The translations under genes were made by a program, and so were the position numbers. A stretch of DNA of 32,000 nt from Opitutia bacterium KCR 482 (GTDB lineage: Bacteria; Verrucomicrobiota; Verrucomicrobiia; Opitutales; Intestinicryptomonadaceae): the NCBI GenBank assembly GCA_029269845.2, contig CP149973.1, forward strand, positions 60,001 through 92,000, read 5' to 3'. The notes under the pieces are model-generated. The model saw nothing but the letters and a program-made list of their open reading frames with translations, was not told the DNA's origin and did not search any database. Shown piece by piece: positions 1 through 8,397 of this stretch. The stretch's first letter is position 1. Each line of letters begins with the position of its first letter.

Positions 1-1218
1 CATCTGCGGGCCGAGCATGTCGAGGCGCGGGCGCGTTTTTGCGCCGTTGACTGCCGCTTCGAGCCGCGCGAGCGAGTTTATTTCGCGCCCGTCGAGCGCG
101 TAGAGCGTGTCGCCTACCGCGAATTTGTCGAAGACTTCCGCGCCGCGCTTTACCGAAAACACTTTGAGAAGCCCCGTGTCCGACTTCGGGTTTTTCCTGT
201 TCGAAACCATGAACGAAACCGAGCCTTTTTCGTCGGGAATTTCAAGCGTTGCGAGGCTTTTTGTAAGCTTCACCCTTTGGGGCTTCGCCGAAATTTCCGT
301 TTTCGCGCCGCCGCGCAGAATTTCGAGCTTCACGGTAGCCCCGTCTTTGAGGGAGTCGAGGTATGCGCCGAGTTGCGCGTTCGAGAAAATCCTGCGGCCG
401 TCTATTCCGACAACTTCGTCTCCGACCTTTATTCCCGCCTTTCCCGCGGGCGAGTTCGGCATGATTTTCCCGACCGTCATCGGCGCGGCGGGCGACACCC
501 CTATCATGCGGATTTCGTCGCCCGTGGAGACGTTTGTTTTTATTAGAATTGGATTGATTTTGACATTCAGTATTTTGCCATCGCGCCCGATTTCTAGGCT
601 TGCCGACGGCTTTCCGTCGGCGTCGCGCCCAGAGCCGATTGCCACAAGTTCCACGATTTGCGAGAAGTCGCCTACTTTGCGGCCGTCGATTGAAACGATT
701 TTGTCGCCCTCGCGCAGTCCAGCGAGTTTTGCGGGAGACTCGTGCTTGTTCCCGTCCACGTCGGTAATTTCGTTCGCCACAAAGCCCACCGTTGTGGACT
801 CCATCGCCGCGCTCTGCTTTATTCCCATTACCCAGACTATCGCCGCCAACGCCGCCGCGAACAGCAGGTTGAAAAACGCCCCCGCCGCGCTCACTATGAT
901 TTTGTCGGCGCACGACGCCTTGGGGAGTTTTTCGGTTTCGCCGCCTTTGCCGCCTTCGAGCGCGCCCATGTCGGCAAGCTGGGGCAGGGCGACGTATCCG
1001 CCGAACGGCAGAAGCGAAATTATGTATTCGCAGCCGTCCCTGCCTTTTGCCGAAAAGAGTTTGGGCCCGAAGCCGATTGAAAAGCGCAGTATTTTCAGCC
1101 CGCGCATGCGCGCGGCGAGAAAGTGTCCGAGTTCGTGGACGAAAATCGAACCGCCGAAAAACAGCATCACGAGGGCGAATGCCCAAGTGTTCGAAAAAAT
1201 GTCGGCAAACTCTCCCAT
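1..1218 (-). CDS. rseP: RIP/site-2 zinc metalloprotease RseP, N-terminal 406 codons (C-terminus lies beyond window start)
   Basis: Own translation of the minus strand: ATG at 1218-1216, 1 nt after the dxr stop, and the frame stays open to base 1. It is absent from the ORF track because it runs off the edge. N-terminus MGEFADIFSNTWAFALVMLFFGGSIFVHELGHFLAARMRG carries the HExxH zinc motif after a TM helix. PDZ-like segments follow (LREGDKIVSIDGRKV, GIKVGDEVVGIDGRRI). The conserved uppS-cdsA-dxr-rseP neighbourhood supports the call. Confidence 0.85.
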   Translation of the reverse strand, partial: MGEFADIFSNTWAFALVMLFFGGSIFVHELGHFLAARMRGLKILRFSIGFGPKLFSAKGRDGCEYIISLLPFGGYVALPQLADMGALEGGKGGETEKLPKASCADKIIVSAAGAFFNLLFAAALAAIVWVMGIKQSAAMESTTVGFVANEITDVDGNKHESPAKLAGLREGDKIVSIDGRKVGDFSQIVELVAIGSGRDADGKPSASLEIGRDGKILNVKINPILIKTNVSTGDEIRMIGVSPAAPMTVGKIMPNSPAGKAGIKVGDEVVGIDGRRIFSNAQLGAYLDSLKDGATVKLEILRGGAKTEISAKPQRVKLTKSLATLEIPDEKGSVSFMVSNRKNPKSDTGLLKVFSVKRGAEVFDKFAVGDTLYALDGREINSLARLEAAVNGAKTRPRLDMLGPQM

Positions 1219-1219
1219 G

Positions 1220-2383
1220 CTAAACAAGCGATGCTGCCGCTTCGCGCGCCTTTGCCCGCGCTTCGGCGTCCGCGGCGAGAACGTCGCCGAGTTCGGCGGG
1301 GTCTATTGCCGCCGTGGATTCGAGCGTCTTTTCAATCACCTGCGGAATTTTTATCCACGGCAGTTTTCCCGCGATGAAATTTTCAACCGCGACTTCGTTC
1401 GACGCGTTGAAAACGGTCGTCGCCGTGCCGCCCGCGCGGAGCGCAGCAAACGCGTGTTTGAGGCAGGGGAAGCGGTCGGTGTCTGGCGGGCGGAAGTCTA
1501 CGACGAACGGCTTTGTGAAGTCGAGCGGCGGGCGCACGAAGTTTCCGCGTTCGGGGTAGAGCAGGCTGTGCGAAATTGCAAACGTCATCGACGGCGGCGA
1601 CAAGTGCGCAATCACCGAGCCGTCCACGAACTGCACCATCGAGTGCACAAGGCTGTCCTTTTGGACGACCACCTGAATTTGGTCGGGCGAGACGCCGAAG
1701 AGCCACTTCGCCTCGATAACCTCCAAGCCCTTGTTCGCGAGCGTTGACGAGTCTATCGTAACTTTCGGGCCCATTTTCCAGTTGGGGTGTTTGAGCGCCT
1801 GTTCGGGGGTGATTGTGAGCATTTGCTCGCGCGTGTAGTCGCGGAACATGCCTCCCGACGCGGTGATGAGCAGCTTAGCGATGTCGCGCTTGCGCTCGCC
1901 GTTTATGCACTGGAAAATTGCGTTGTGTTCGGAGTCGAGCGGCAGCATTTGCACGCCCTTGCGCTCCGCGCCGCCCATCACGAATTTGCCCGCCATCACG
2001 AGCAGCTCCTTGTTTGCGAGCGCGATGTCCTTGCCCGCCTCTATTGCCGCGAGCGTGGGTTTGAGGGCGGTAGTGCCGACCACCGCCGCGACCGTCGTGT
2101 CGGCTTCCGAAAGGGTCGCGATTTCCGTAAGCCCCCCGATTCCGCCGTAGAGCTTGCGCCCCTTGAACAGCCCCGATTCCCGCGCTTCGGCGAGAGCCGC
2201 GTCGTCGAAAATTCCGACGTGCTTTACGTCGAACTCGTCGGCGATTTTCGCGAGTTTGCGGAAGTTCTTTTTGCCCGCGATTCCCACCACGTTGAGCCTG
2301 TCGCGGTTGCCCCTTACGACTTCGAGCGTGTTGTCTCCGATTGAGCCGGTCGCGCCGAGTATTGCCAAATTTTTTGCTTTCAT
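1220..2383 (-). CDS. dxr: 1-deoxy-D-xylulose-5-phosphate reductoisomerase
   Basis: ORF 1220..2686(-); the credible start is the internal ATG at 2383 (MKAKNLAILGATGSIGDNTLEV, a GxTGSIG NADPH fold). The 101 upstream codons are Arg/Gly-rich junk overlapping cdsA. Dxr motifs are present: LPLDSEHNAIFQC, LANKGLEVIEA, VHSMVQFVDGSV. Confidence 0.95.
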   Translation of the reverse strand: MKAKNLAILGATGSIGDNTLEVVRGNRDRLNVVGIAGKKNFRKLAKIADEFDVKHVGIFDDAALAEARESGLFKGRKLYGGIGGLTEIATLSEADTTVAAVVGTTALKPTLAAIEAGKDIALANKELLVMAGKFVMGGAERKGVQMLPLDSEHNAIFQCINGERKRDIAKLLITASGGMFRDYTREQMLTITPEQALKHPNWKMGPKVTIDSSTLANKGLEVIEAKWLFGVSPDQIQVVVQKDSLVHSMVQFVDGSVIAHLSPPSMTFAISHSLLYPERGNFVRPPLDFTKPFVVDFRPPDTDRFPCLKHAFAALRAGGTATTVFNASNEVAVENFIAGKLPWIKIPQVIEKTLESTAAIDPAELGDVLAADAEARAKAREAAASLV

Positions 2384-2391
2384 TGTGCCTG

Positions 2392-3234
2392 TTATAAAAT
2401 GATTGCCAAAATCAAAACGCCGAAAGGCGCGGAGAGCAGAAGCGAGTCCGCAAGGTCGAGCGCGCCTCCGATTCCCGGAATGAATTTGCCCGAATCCTTG
2501 ACGTCCGCGCGTCTTTTGAGCACCGATTCGAGCAGGTCGGAAACAATCGCGACCGCCCCGATTAGCGTGCCCGCCGTCGCCGCGAGAATCGGCGTAAAGT
2601 TCTGCGGAAGAATCGGCGCGAAGCCCCGCGCGATTGCCGCCGACACCGCCGCCGACGAGAACAGTCCGCCGACCGCGCCCTCCCAAGTTTTGTTCGGGCT
2701 GATGTCGGGCGACATTTTGTGCCGTCCGAACGCCGCTCCTATGACGTATGCGCCGATGTCAGAGAATTTCGCCGCCGCCACAATCCAGACCGAGAGCACT
2801 ACTCCCGTGTAGCGCGACGCCTCCGTCGCCGCCTCAACCCCCACGACCGCCAGCAGGTTCAGCGGGAGGGACACCGCAAACAGCGCGGCAATCGTCGGCA
2901 GAACCGTTTTCGCCGCGAAGTCGTCGTAGGGCGAGCGCACCGTGAGCATCGCAAAAAACGCCGCGAAGCACGCAAGCACAATCGCGCCGCCCGCGTTGTG
3001 GAGTATTCCGAAGTGCGGGAACGCCCACGCCGCCGCGAATGCCGCCGCCGCCGCCGCTTGCGCCGCGCCTTTCATGGGCTTCATTCCTAGCTTTTCGAGA
3101 AGTCCGAAAGTTTCGCGCAACGCGCCGCCCGCGAGAACCGCAAGCAGAGCCGTCCAGCCCGCCGCGCCGAAATAAATTACCGCGAGTATCGTGATTGTCC
3201 AAAGTGCGAGCGTGCTGAAAATGCGTGCGTACAT
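2392..3234 (-). CDS. cdsA: phosphatidate cytidylyltransferase (CDP-diglyceride synthase)
   Basis: 280-aa polytopic membrane protein with a CdsA signature region (SDIGAYVIGAAFGRHKMSPDISPNKTWEGAVGG ... KDSGKFIPGIGGALD). It sits between uppS and dxr, as in many bacteria. Confidence 0.9.
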   Translation of the reverse strand: MYARIFSTLALWTITILAVIYFGAAGWTALLAVLAGGALRETFGLLEKLGMKPMKGAAQAAAAAAFAAAWAFPHFGILHNAGGAIVLACFAAFFAMLTVRSPYDDFAAKTVLPTIAALFAVSLPLNLLAVVGVEAATEASRYTGVVLSVWIVAAAKFSDIGAYVIGAAFGRHKMSPDISPNKTWEGAVGGLFSSAAVSAAIARGFAPILPQNFTPILAATAGTLIGAVAIVSDLLESVLKRRADVKDSGKFIPGIGGALDLADSLLLSAPFGVLILAIIL

Positions 3235-3238
3235 AAAA

Positions 3239-3979
3239 TTATTTGAGTTGGTCGCCCGTGAGTCCGTAGCGGCGTTCGCGGCGTTTGAATTCGTCTATCG
3301 CCTTGGCGAATTCGTCGCGCCCGAAGTCGGGCCAGTATGTTTTTGTAAAGTACAGTTCCGCGTATGACGACTGCATCATGAGGTAGTTGCTCAGCCGCAT
3401 TTCGCCGGAGGTGCGCACAAGCAAGTCTGGGTCGGGAATGTCGGCGGTGTCGAGGTTTTCGGCAATCGTATCCCAAGTGATTTTGTCGATTTCGCCGTCG
3501 CGGAATTTTTTTGCAATTTTATTTACCGCCCTCGCAAGCTCGTCGCGCGAGCCGTAGTTGAGCGCGAGCACAAGCGTGCGTTCGCCGAAATTTTCGGTGA
3601 GTTTTTCGAGCCTGCGAATGTCGGCAATGCAGGCTGGGGGCAGGGCGTCGATGTCGCCTATCGTGCGGAAGCGGATTTTGTTTTTCGAAAAGTGTTTTTC
3701 GTTTTGCCTAATCGACGCCGACAGCAACGCCATCAGCGCGTCGACCTCCTCTTTGGGTCTGTTCCAGTTTTCCGAAGAAAACGCGTAGAGGGTGATGTAT
3801 TGCACGCCGAATTCACGCGCGGCTTCGAGCACTTTTTCTATCTGCTTCGCCCCCTGTTTGTGCCCCTCTATTCTCGGCAGCCCGCGCTCTTTTGCCCACC
3901 TGCCGTTGCCGTCCATTATGATTGCCACGTGTCGCGGATTTTTGTCTTTCGGGGGATTTATGGCTGACGGTTCTGGCAT
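3239..3979 (-). CDS. uppS: undecaprenyl (isoprenyl) diphosphate synthase
   Basis: 246 aa with PRHVAIIMDGNGRWAKERGLPRIEGHKQG, YITLYAFSSENWNRP and DLLVRTSGEMRLSNYLMMQSSYAELYF, all classical cis-prenyltransferase motifs. Confidence 0.95.
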   Translation of the reverse strand: MPEPSAINPPKDKNPRHVAIIMDGNGRWAKERGLPRIEGHKQGAKQIEKVLEAAREFGVQYITLYAFSSENWNRPKEEVDALMALLSASIRQNEKHFSKNKIRFRTIGDIDALPPACIADIRRLEKLTENFGERTLVLALNYGSRDELARAVNKIAKKFRDGEIDKITWDTIAENLDTADIPDPDLLVRTSGEMRLSNYLMMQSSYAELYFTKTYWPDFGRDEFAKAIDEFKRRERRYGLTGDQLK

Positions 3980-3994
3980 AGGAAATTATAAAAA

Positions 3995-4098
3995 GGGGTC
4001 AGGCTTCCCACGGCACAGATGTCGTTTCACTACCGTTGCTTTCTTCCGAATCTGGCGGGGTTCGCGAACGGCAAATTGCATGGGGCCCGACCTTCCCC
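3995..4098 (-). ncRNA. ffs: signal recognition particle RNA (small bacterial SRP / 4.5S RNA)
   Basis: Minus-strand read: GGGGAAGGUCGGGCCCCAUGCAAUUUGCCGUUCGCGAACCCCGCCAGAUUCGGAAGAAAGCAACGGUAGUGAAACGACAUCUGUGCCGUGGGAAGCCUGACCCC followed by UUUUU. It carries the domain IV hallmark: a GGAA tetraloop closed by UUC/GAA, AGA opposite AGCA, and a 4-nt AACC asymmetric loop. From memory it parallels the B. subtilis scRNA segment GAACCAUGUCAGGUCCGGAAGGAAGCAGCAUUAAGUGAAAC. Terminal helix GGUCGGGC/GCCUGACC (8 bp) plus CCCAUG/CGUGGG give one about 100-nt rod. Ends are approximate by a few nt. Confidence 0.8.
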
Positions 4099-4210
4099 TT
4101 ATTCCCTCAAATTTCCCCCGCCATTGCAAGACAAAAACGAAAAAATAGGGCGTTTCGTTTCGGGTTTTTTACGCCGTCTGTTCCGCCCTGCGCACGACTT
4201 TGCCGAAACC

Positions 4211-4241
4211 AAAAACCGCTCCCGAATTGGGAACGGTTTTT
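4211..4241 (-). terminator. rho-independent terminator after tpiA (bidirectional shape)
   Basis: The plus strand reads aaaaa-CCGCTCCC-gaatt-GGGAACGG-ttttt. On the minus strand this is an 8-bp stem whose single C/A opposition becomes G-U, followed by a U-run. It lies 25 nt downstream of the tpiA stop. Confidence 0.7.
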
Positions 4242-4265
4242 GAAGCGTTCTTCGAATGCGTCGGA

Positions 4266-5039
4266 CTACGCTTGCGCCGCCTTTTTCGCGCTTTCGACGA
4301 GAGCCGCGAAAGAGTCGGCTTTGAGAGCCGCGCCGCCGATAAGGCCGCCGTCGATGTCTTTTTCAGCCAAGAGGGCGTCGGCGTTTTCGGGCTTCATCGA
4401 GCCGCCGTAGAGAATCTGGATTTTCTGCGAAACTTCTTCACCGAAGAGCTTTGCGAGAATCTTTCGGATTTCGGCGTGGACTTCCTGCGCCATTGCGGGA
4501 GTCGCCGTTTTGCCCGTGCCGATAGCCCAAACGGGTTCGTAGGCAACGACAACCTTTTCGGCGTCTTCCTTCGAGAGGCCTTCGAGCCCGCCGACGGTCT
4601 GCGTCGAAACGACGTCGATTGTCTTGTTGGCTTCGCGGTCTTCAAGTTTTTCGCCTACGCAGAGAATGGGCTTCATGCCGTTAGCCAAGACAGCCTTGAC
4701 TTTCCGGTTGATGAGGGCGTCGTCTTCCTTGAAGTACTGGCGGCGTTCGCTGTGGCCGAGAATGACGTATGTGCAGTCGAATTCTTTGAGCATGTCGGCG
4801 GCGATTTCGCCCGTGAACGCGCCCTTTGCTTCGAAGTACATGTTCTGCGCGCCGAGCTTTACGGTCGAGCCTTTGAGGGCTTTGCTTGCCGCGTCGAGAG
4901 CCGTGAATGTGGGGCAAACCGCGACGTCAACCGAAGTTTCGCCGCCGATTTTCGCCTTGATTCCGTCGATGAGTTCGACGGCTTTCGCCGCCGTGTTGTT
5001 CATTTTCCAATTACCCGCGATGAAATATCTGCGTGCCAT
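4266..5039 (-). CDS. tpiA: triosephosphate isomerase
   Basis: 257 aa: MARRYFIAGNWKMNNT, VILGHSERR, AYEPVWAIGTGKTA, ILYGGSMKPENA. Confidence 0.95.
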   Translation of the reverse strand: MARRYFIAGNWKMNNTAAKAVELIDGIKAKIGGETSVDVAVCPTFTALDAASKALKGSTVKLGAQNMYFEAKGAFTGEIAADMLKEFDCTYVILGHSERRQYFKEDDALINRKVKAVLANGMKPILCVGEKLEDREANKTIDVVSTQTVGGLEGLSKEDAEKVVVAYEPVWAIGTGKTATPAMAQEVHAEIRKILAKLFGEEVSQKIQILYGGSMKPENADALLAEKDIDGGLIGGAALKADSFAALVESAKKAAQA

Positions 5040-5064
5040 TTTTATATCCTTTTTTATTTTGAAG

Positions 5065-6273
5065 TTAGCATTTTTTGTCGAGAACCGCGACGCCGGGGAG
5101 TTCCTTGCCTTCGAGGAATTCGAGGGACGCTCCGCCGCCCGTGGAGATGAAGCTTACGTCTTTGGCAAAGCCGCTCTTCTTGATTGCCTTTACCGAGTCG
5201 CCGCCGCCGATGATGCTGATTGCGCCCGACTTCGCCACAGCTTCCGCGATTGCGAACGTGCCCTTTGCGCAGTCCTTGATTTCGAAGATGCCCATGGGGC
5301 CGTTCCAGAGGATTGTCTTGCTCTTGGCGATTTGTTCTTTGTAAAGCTCGACCGTCTTCGGACCGATGTCTACACCCGCCCAGCCGTCGGCGATGTTGCC
5401 GTCCATGACTTCCATCGGGCCGACTTTGCCGCCCGCGAAATCGATGGACTGCGTAACCGCGTTGTCGATGGGAAGCAGGAACTTTACGCCCTTCTTTTCC
5501 GCCTTCGCCAAAGCCGCCTTTGCGAGGTCGATTTTATCGGGTTCGACAAGGCTTGTGCCCGTCGTGCGACCCTGCGCGAGCGCGAAGGTGTACGCCATTG
5601 CGCCGCCGATGAGCATTGCGTCGCACTTGTCGAGGAGCGAGTCGATAACCGTGATTTTGTCGGAAACTTTAGAGCCGCCCAAGATTACCGTGAACGGACG
5701 GACGGGGGTTTCGGTCTTCGAACCGAGGAATTCGAGTTCCTTTTCGATGAGAAGACCCGCAACCTTAATCGGCAGGTAAGCAGCCACGCCCGCTGTTGTG
5801 GCGTGCGCTCTGTGCGCCGTGCCGAAAGCGTCGTTTACATAGGCTTCCGCGCCCGTGTCTTCGACAAGCTTCTTTGCAAATTCGGGGTCGTTCTTCTTTT
5901 CTTCGGGGTAGAAGCGCGAGTTTTCGAGGAGAACTACGTCGCCCGCTTTCATTTTCGAGCAGGCTTCCTTTACCTTTTCGCCGATGCAGTCGTCCACGAA
6001 AACGACGGGCTTGCCGAGCTTTTCGGACAGCGCCTTCGCCACGGGAGCGAGCGAGAACTGCGTGTCGGCCTTGCTTTTCGGGCGGCCGAGGTGGCTCGTG
6101 AGAACGACCATTGCGCCTTCGTCGAGAAGGTACTGGATTGTGGGCAACGCCGCCACAATGCGGGTGTCGTCGCTGATATTGCCCTGCGCGTCAAAGGGCA
6201 CGTTGAAATCGACGCGAACGAAAACTTTCTTTCCCTTCAAGTCGACGTCTTTGATGGTCTTGATATTTGCCAT
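5065..6273 (-). CDS. pgk: phosphoglycerate kinase
   Basis: 402 aa: [58 protein letters not shown] 25-nt gap to tpiA suggests a pgk-tpiA operon. Confidence 0.95.
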   Translation of the reverse strand: MANIKTIKDVDLKGKKVFVRVDFNVPFDAQGNISDDTRIVAALPTIQYLLDEGAMVVLTSHLGRPKSKADTQFSLAPVAKALSEKLGKPVVFVDDCIGEKVKEACSKMKAGDVVLLENSRFYPEEKKNDPEFAKKLVEDTGAEAYVNDAFGTAHRAHATTAGVAAYLPIKVAGLLIEKELEFLGSKTETPVRPFTVILGGSKVSDKITVIDSLLDKCDAMLIGGAMAYTFALAQGRTTGTSLVEPDKIDLAKAALAKAEKKGVKFLLPIDNAVTQSIDFAGGKVGPMEVMDGNIADGWAGVDIGPKTVELYKEQIAKSKTILWNGPMGIFEIKDCAKGTFAIAEAVAKSGAISIIGGGDSVKAIKKSGFAKDVSFISTGGGASLEFLEGKELPGVAVLDKKC

Positions 6274-6315
6274 AGTTCTTACCTATTGAGTTTTTTTGGA
6301 AAATTAAGCCTCCCA

Positions 6316-6343
6316 TATTTATGCCCGCGCAAAAAATTGCAAG
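6316..6343 (-). promoter_or_regulatory. candidate sigma70-type promoter for pgk-tpiA
   Basis: The minus strand reads CTTGCA-16 nt-TAAATA, ending about 43 nt upstream of the pgk ATG. This is a pattern match only. Confidence 0.3.
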
Positions 6344-6611
6344 TTTTTTTAAACGCTTCGAATTTGCGCAAAATTGCCGCGCAGGGCGCGTGAAACACAA
6401 CCATATCCGCCGCGCGAAAAAAAATCCGAATTTTTCCTCAAACGCTTGACTTTTTGCGGGAAAAACCGCCCAAAACGCCAAAACTTTCCTCAAACCGCCC
6501 CGTGCGCTTTTTCTTATTCTCCTGCGCAACGCGCGTCTATTCAAACCCGTTTCTTGCAAAACATCGCATACCCCAACGCGAGTAATTGCCGCAGGCAATA
6601 CGAACTAAAAC

Positions 6612-6637
6612 AAAAAAGGCGCGGTTATAGCCGCGCC
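6612..6637 (-). terminator. rho-independent terminator closing the guaB transcript
   Basis: Minus strand: GGCGCGG-CUAUAA-CCGCGCC, a 7-bp GC stem, followed by UUUUUUGUUUU. Confidence 0.75.
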
Positions 6638-6652
6638 GCATAATCACCATGA

Positions 6653-6840
6653 GGAACGAAGTTCCGTCGGGAGGCGCACCTTGCGCCCAGCCTTTTGGGG
6701 GCGGCAAGCCCCCTCCGTTTGCGTCAAGTAGCCTTGGGGGGAGCGGGTGGTGAATTTCGCAGAGCGAAATCCACCCCTGGGGGCACAGCCCCCAAGTTTC
6801 GAGTGGCGCGGCTCGCGCCCCGTGCAGACTGCTAGTCTGC
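6653..6840. other. array of seven consecutive short GC hairpins between the guaB stop and its terminator (function unknown)
   Basis: Hairpins read directly from the sequence:
- 6653-6665 ggaac/gaa/gttcc
- 6673-6687 ggcgca/cct/tgcgcc
- 6697-6713 gggggc/ggcaa/gccccc
- 6745-6776 gggtgg(tga)atttcg/cagag/cgaaatccaccc
- 6778-6794 tgggggc/aca/gccccca
- 6805-6819 ggcgcg/gct/cgcgcc
- 6824-6840 gcagact/gct/agtctgc
Each has a different sequence, and five have 3-nt loops. Confidence 0.6.
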
Positions 6841-8397
6841 TTATTTGGAGGGTTGTTTGATTTCGATGATGTCGTGGGGAGCGCTTTCTTTTTGACCCGC
6901 GCCAGTGAGACGGGTGAAACGCGCATTTTTGCGAAGCTCGGGGAGAGTCTTCGCGCCGAGATAGCCCATGCCGCTCTGAATGCCGCCGACAAAAATCTTC
7001 AAAGCTTCGTCGAGAGAGGAGGAGACTTCTTTGAGAGCCTCGACACCCTCGGCGGTAATTTTGTCGCTCTTGACTTTAAGGTCGTGCCCATAACGCGCGG
7101 CACTGCCTGCTTTCATCGCCGCAAGACTGCCCATGCCGCGGTATTGCTTGTACATCTTGCCGTTGATTTCCATAACCTGACCGGGGGCTTCGGGGCAACC
7201 AGCAAGGAGACCGCCGCAAATCATGGCGTCGGCGAGGGTGAGAGCCTTGACCATGTCGCCGCTCTTTGTAATGCCGCCGTCGGCAATGATTCTAACGCCG
7301 CATTTCTGGGCGGCTTTCGAGCAGACATAGAGGGCTGTGAGCTGGGGAATGCCTACGCCCGCAACAATGCGCGTCGTGCAAATCGAGCCTGGACCTTGCC
7401 CGATTTTGATGGCGTCCGCGCCGCATTCGGCGAGATACTCAACCCCCGCGCCGTTCGTTACGTTGCCGCCGATGAGCGTGAGTTCGGGGAAAGCCTTGCG
7501 GAGAGCCTTGACCGTAGAGCCGACGCCCTCGGTGAAGCCGTGCGCAGTCGAGACCGCGGCGACGTCCAAGCCCTCGTCTACGAGCGCGCCGACGTGGTTT
7601 ATGATGTTTTCGAAATCGACCGAGCCGTCCTTGTTGCGCATCATCGCAATGGACGCGCCGCAGAGAAGCCTGAACTTGGAGTCGCGGGCGTTCTTTTGGG
7701 GAGCTCCGCGCTCTTCGGAAATTCTTTCGATGTCGGAGAGCGTGAAGAGCCCTCGGAGCGTATCGTTGTCGTCTACAACAAGGAGCTTGTGGACGCCGAA
7801 ATGCTCGTCAAAGAAAGCGTCGGCAACGGCGATGGGATCCGCGCCGAGTTCCTTCTGGTTGACCGTGAAAACGTCCTTGCGGGGCGTCATGGTCTTGGCG
7901 ACCGAAAGCGCTGCGTAGCGTTCCTTTACAATGCTTCCTGGGAGAAGCCCCACAAGCTTGTTTTGCCCGTCGACGACGGGGAAAGTGCGGAATCTGAAAT
8001 TGCGGTCGGTTACGATTTTGAGGACGTCGCCGATATGCATTTCGGGCGAAACCTTGATTGGCTCTTGAATCAGACCGTGAATGTAGTTCTTGACGCGGGC
8101 AACTTCTACAAGCTGCTCCTTTTGGCTCATGTTGCAGTGGAGAAGTCCGAGACCGCCGTTGCGCGCCATGCCGATTGCCATTTGCGATTCGGTAACGGTG
8201 TCCATGTCCGAGGAGATCATGGGCAGGGAAAGCTTGATAGAGTCGGAGAGGGAGGTGTCGAGCCTCGTTTCGCGGGGGAGAACGTCGGAGTACTGGGTGG
8301 CGAGCGAAACGTCGTCGTAAGTCAGACCGTAGCCCGCGTTGGAGGTGAAGAACGCGTCGGCGTCCAGAAAGAATTTGTCGTCAATATTATTGCTCAT
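6841..8397 (-). CDS. guaB: IMP dehydrogenase (with CBS pair)
   Basis: ORF 6841..8433(-). Motifs: [21 protein letters not shown], a CBS region ([24 protein letters not shown]), [23 protein letters not shown] and GGITKSGD. The start is ambiguous: ATG 8397 ([10 protein letters not shown]) is preferred over ATG 8433, because a TTGACA-like box sits only 11 nt upstream of 8433. Confidence 0.9.
   Translation of the reverse strand: MSNNIDDKFFLDADAFFTSNAGYGLTYDDVSLATQYSDVLPRETRLDTSLSDSIKLSLPMISSDMDTVTESQMAIGMARNGGLGLLHCNMSQKEQLVEVARVKNYIHGLIQEPIKVSPEMHIGDVLKIVTDRNFRFRTFPVVDGQNKLVGLLPGSIVKERYAALSVAKTMTPRKDVFTVNQKELGADPIAVADAFFDEHFGVHKLLVVDDNDTLRGLFTLSDIERISEERGAPQKNARDSKFRLLCGASIAMMRNKDGSVDFENIINHVGALVDEGLDVAAVSTAHGFTEGVGSTVKALRKAFPELTLIGGNVTNGAGVEYLAECGADAIKIGQGPGSICTTRIVAGVGIPQLTALYVCSKAAQKCGVRIIADGGITKSGDMVKALTLADAMICGGLLAGCPEAPGQVMEINGKMYKQYRGMGSLAAMKAGSAARYGHDLKVKSDKITAEGVEALKEVSSSLDEALKIFVGGIQSGMGYLGAKTLPELRKNARFTRLTGAGQKESAPHDIIEIKQPSK

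Noticed and set aside
107-1747. 546-aa plus-strand ORF, and the 314-aa minus ORF at 242..1186, covering the rseP/dxr region.
   Set aside because: Their composition is low-complexity and Arg/Ala/Pro/Ser-rich with no motifs. They lie antisense to or out of frame with rseP and dxr, which have clear catalytic motifs. These are typical GC-rich shadow ORFs.
2384-2686. N-terminal extensions given by the ORF track for dxr (to 2686), hppA (from 10703), the PfkB kinase (from 14891), the aldolase (from 22174), galM (to 25634) and typA (to 27656).
   Set aside because: The extensions are Arg/Gly-rich or hydrophobic nonsense and overlap upstream genes or terminators. They also precede internal starts that give canonical family N-termini.
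4124-4130. CTTGCAA(T) motif upstream of ffs (4124-4130, minus strand) and pgk (6337-6343, minus strand), and at 6553-6559 (plus strand), as a shared -35-like element.
   Set aside because: A 7-8-mer is too short to be significant here. Spacing to plausible -10 hexamers differs (16 nt for pgk, about 20 nt for ffs, none at 6553). I kept only the pgk promoter, as a low-confidence feature.
4624-6393. 589-aa plus-strand ORF antisense to tpiA/pgk. Similar long antisense ORFs occur at 6853..8403(+), 8610..10316(-), 11591..12940(-), 15209..17275(-), 17290..18300(-), 20105..21301(-), 24318..25535(+) and 28996..30183(-).
   Set aside because: All are mirror images of well-supported genes, are rich in Arg/Ala/Gly/Val, and carry no recognisable domains. 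Stop codons are rare in the antisense frames of high-GC genes.
6640-6700. GAGGAACGAAGUUCCGUCGGG on the plus strand, reminiscent of the RNase P P4 motif GAGGAAAGUCCGGGC.
   Set aside because: The match is interrupted by insertions, and none of the other universally conserved RNase P blocks is present. The available non-coding span of about 230 nt is also too short. I likewise found no tmRNA, 6S or CsrB (GGA-loop) signatures.
6765-6776. AAATCCACC as a DnaA box, implying an origin of replication in the hairpin-rich intergenic region.
   Set aside because: It matches only 6/9 of TTATCCACA, occurs once, and lies inside a hairpin stem. There is no AT-rich unwinding element and no dnaA/dnaN context.
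6537-6992. 151-aa minus-strand ORF running from the guaB 3' end through the hairpin array.
   Set aside because: It is out of frame with guaB and its sequence is dictated by the palindromes (Pro/Gly/Ala runs). It has no start context, and the region is better explained as structured non-coding sequence.
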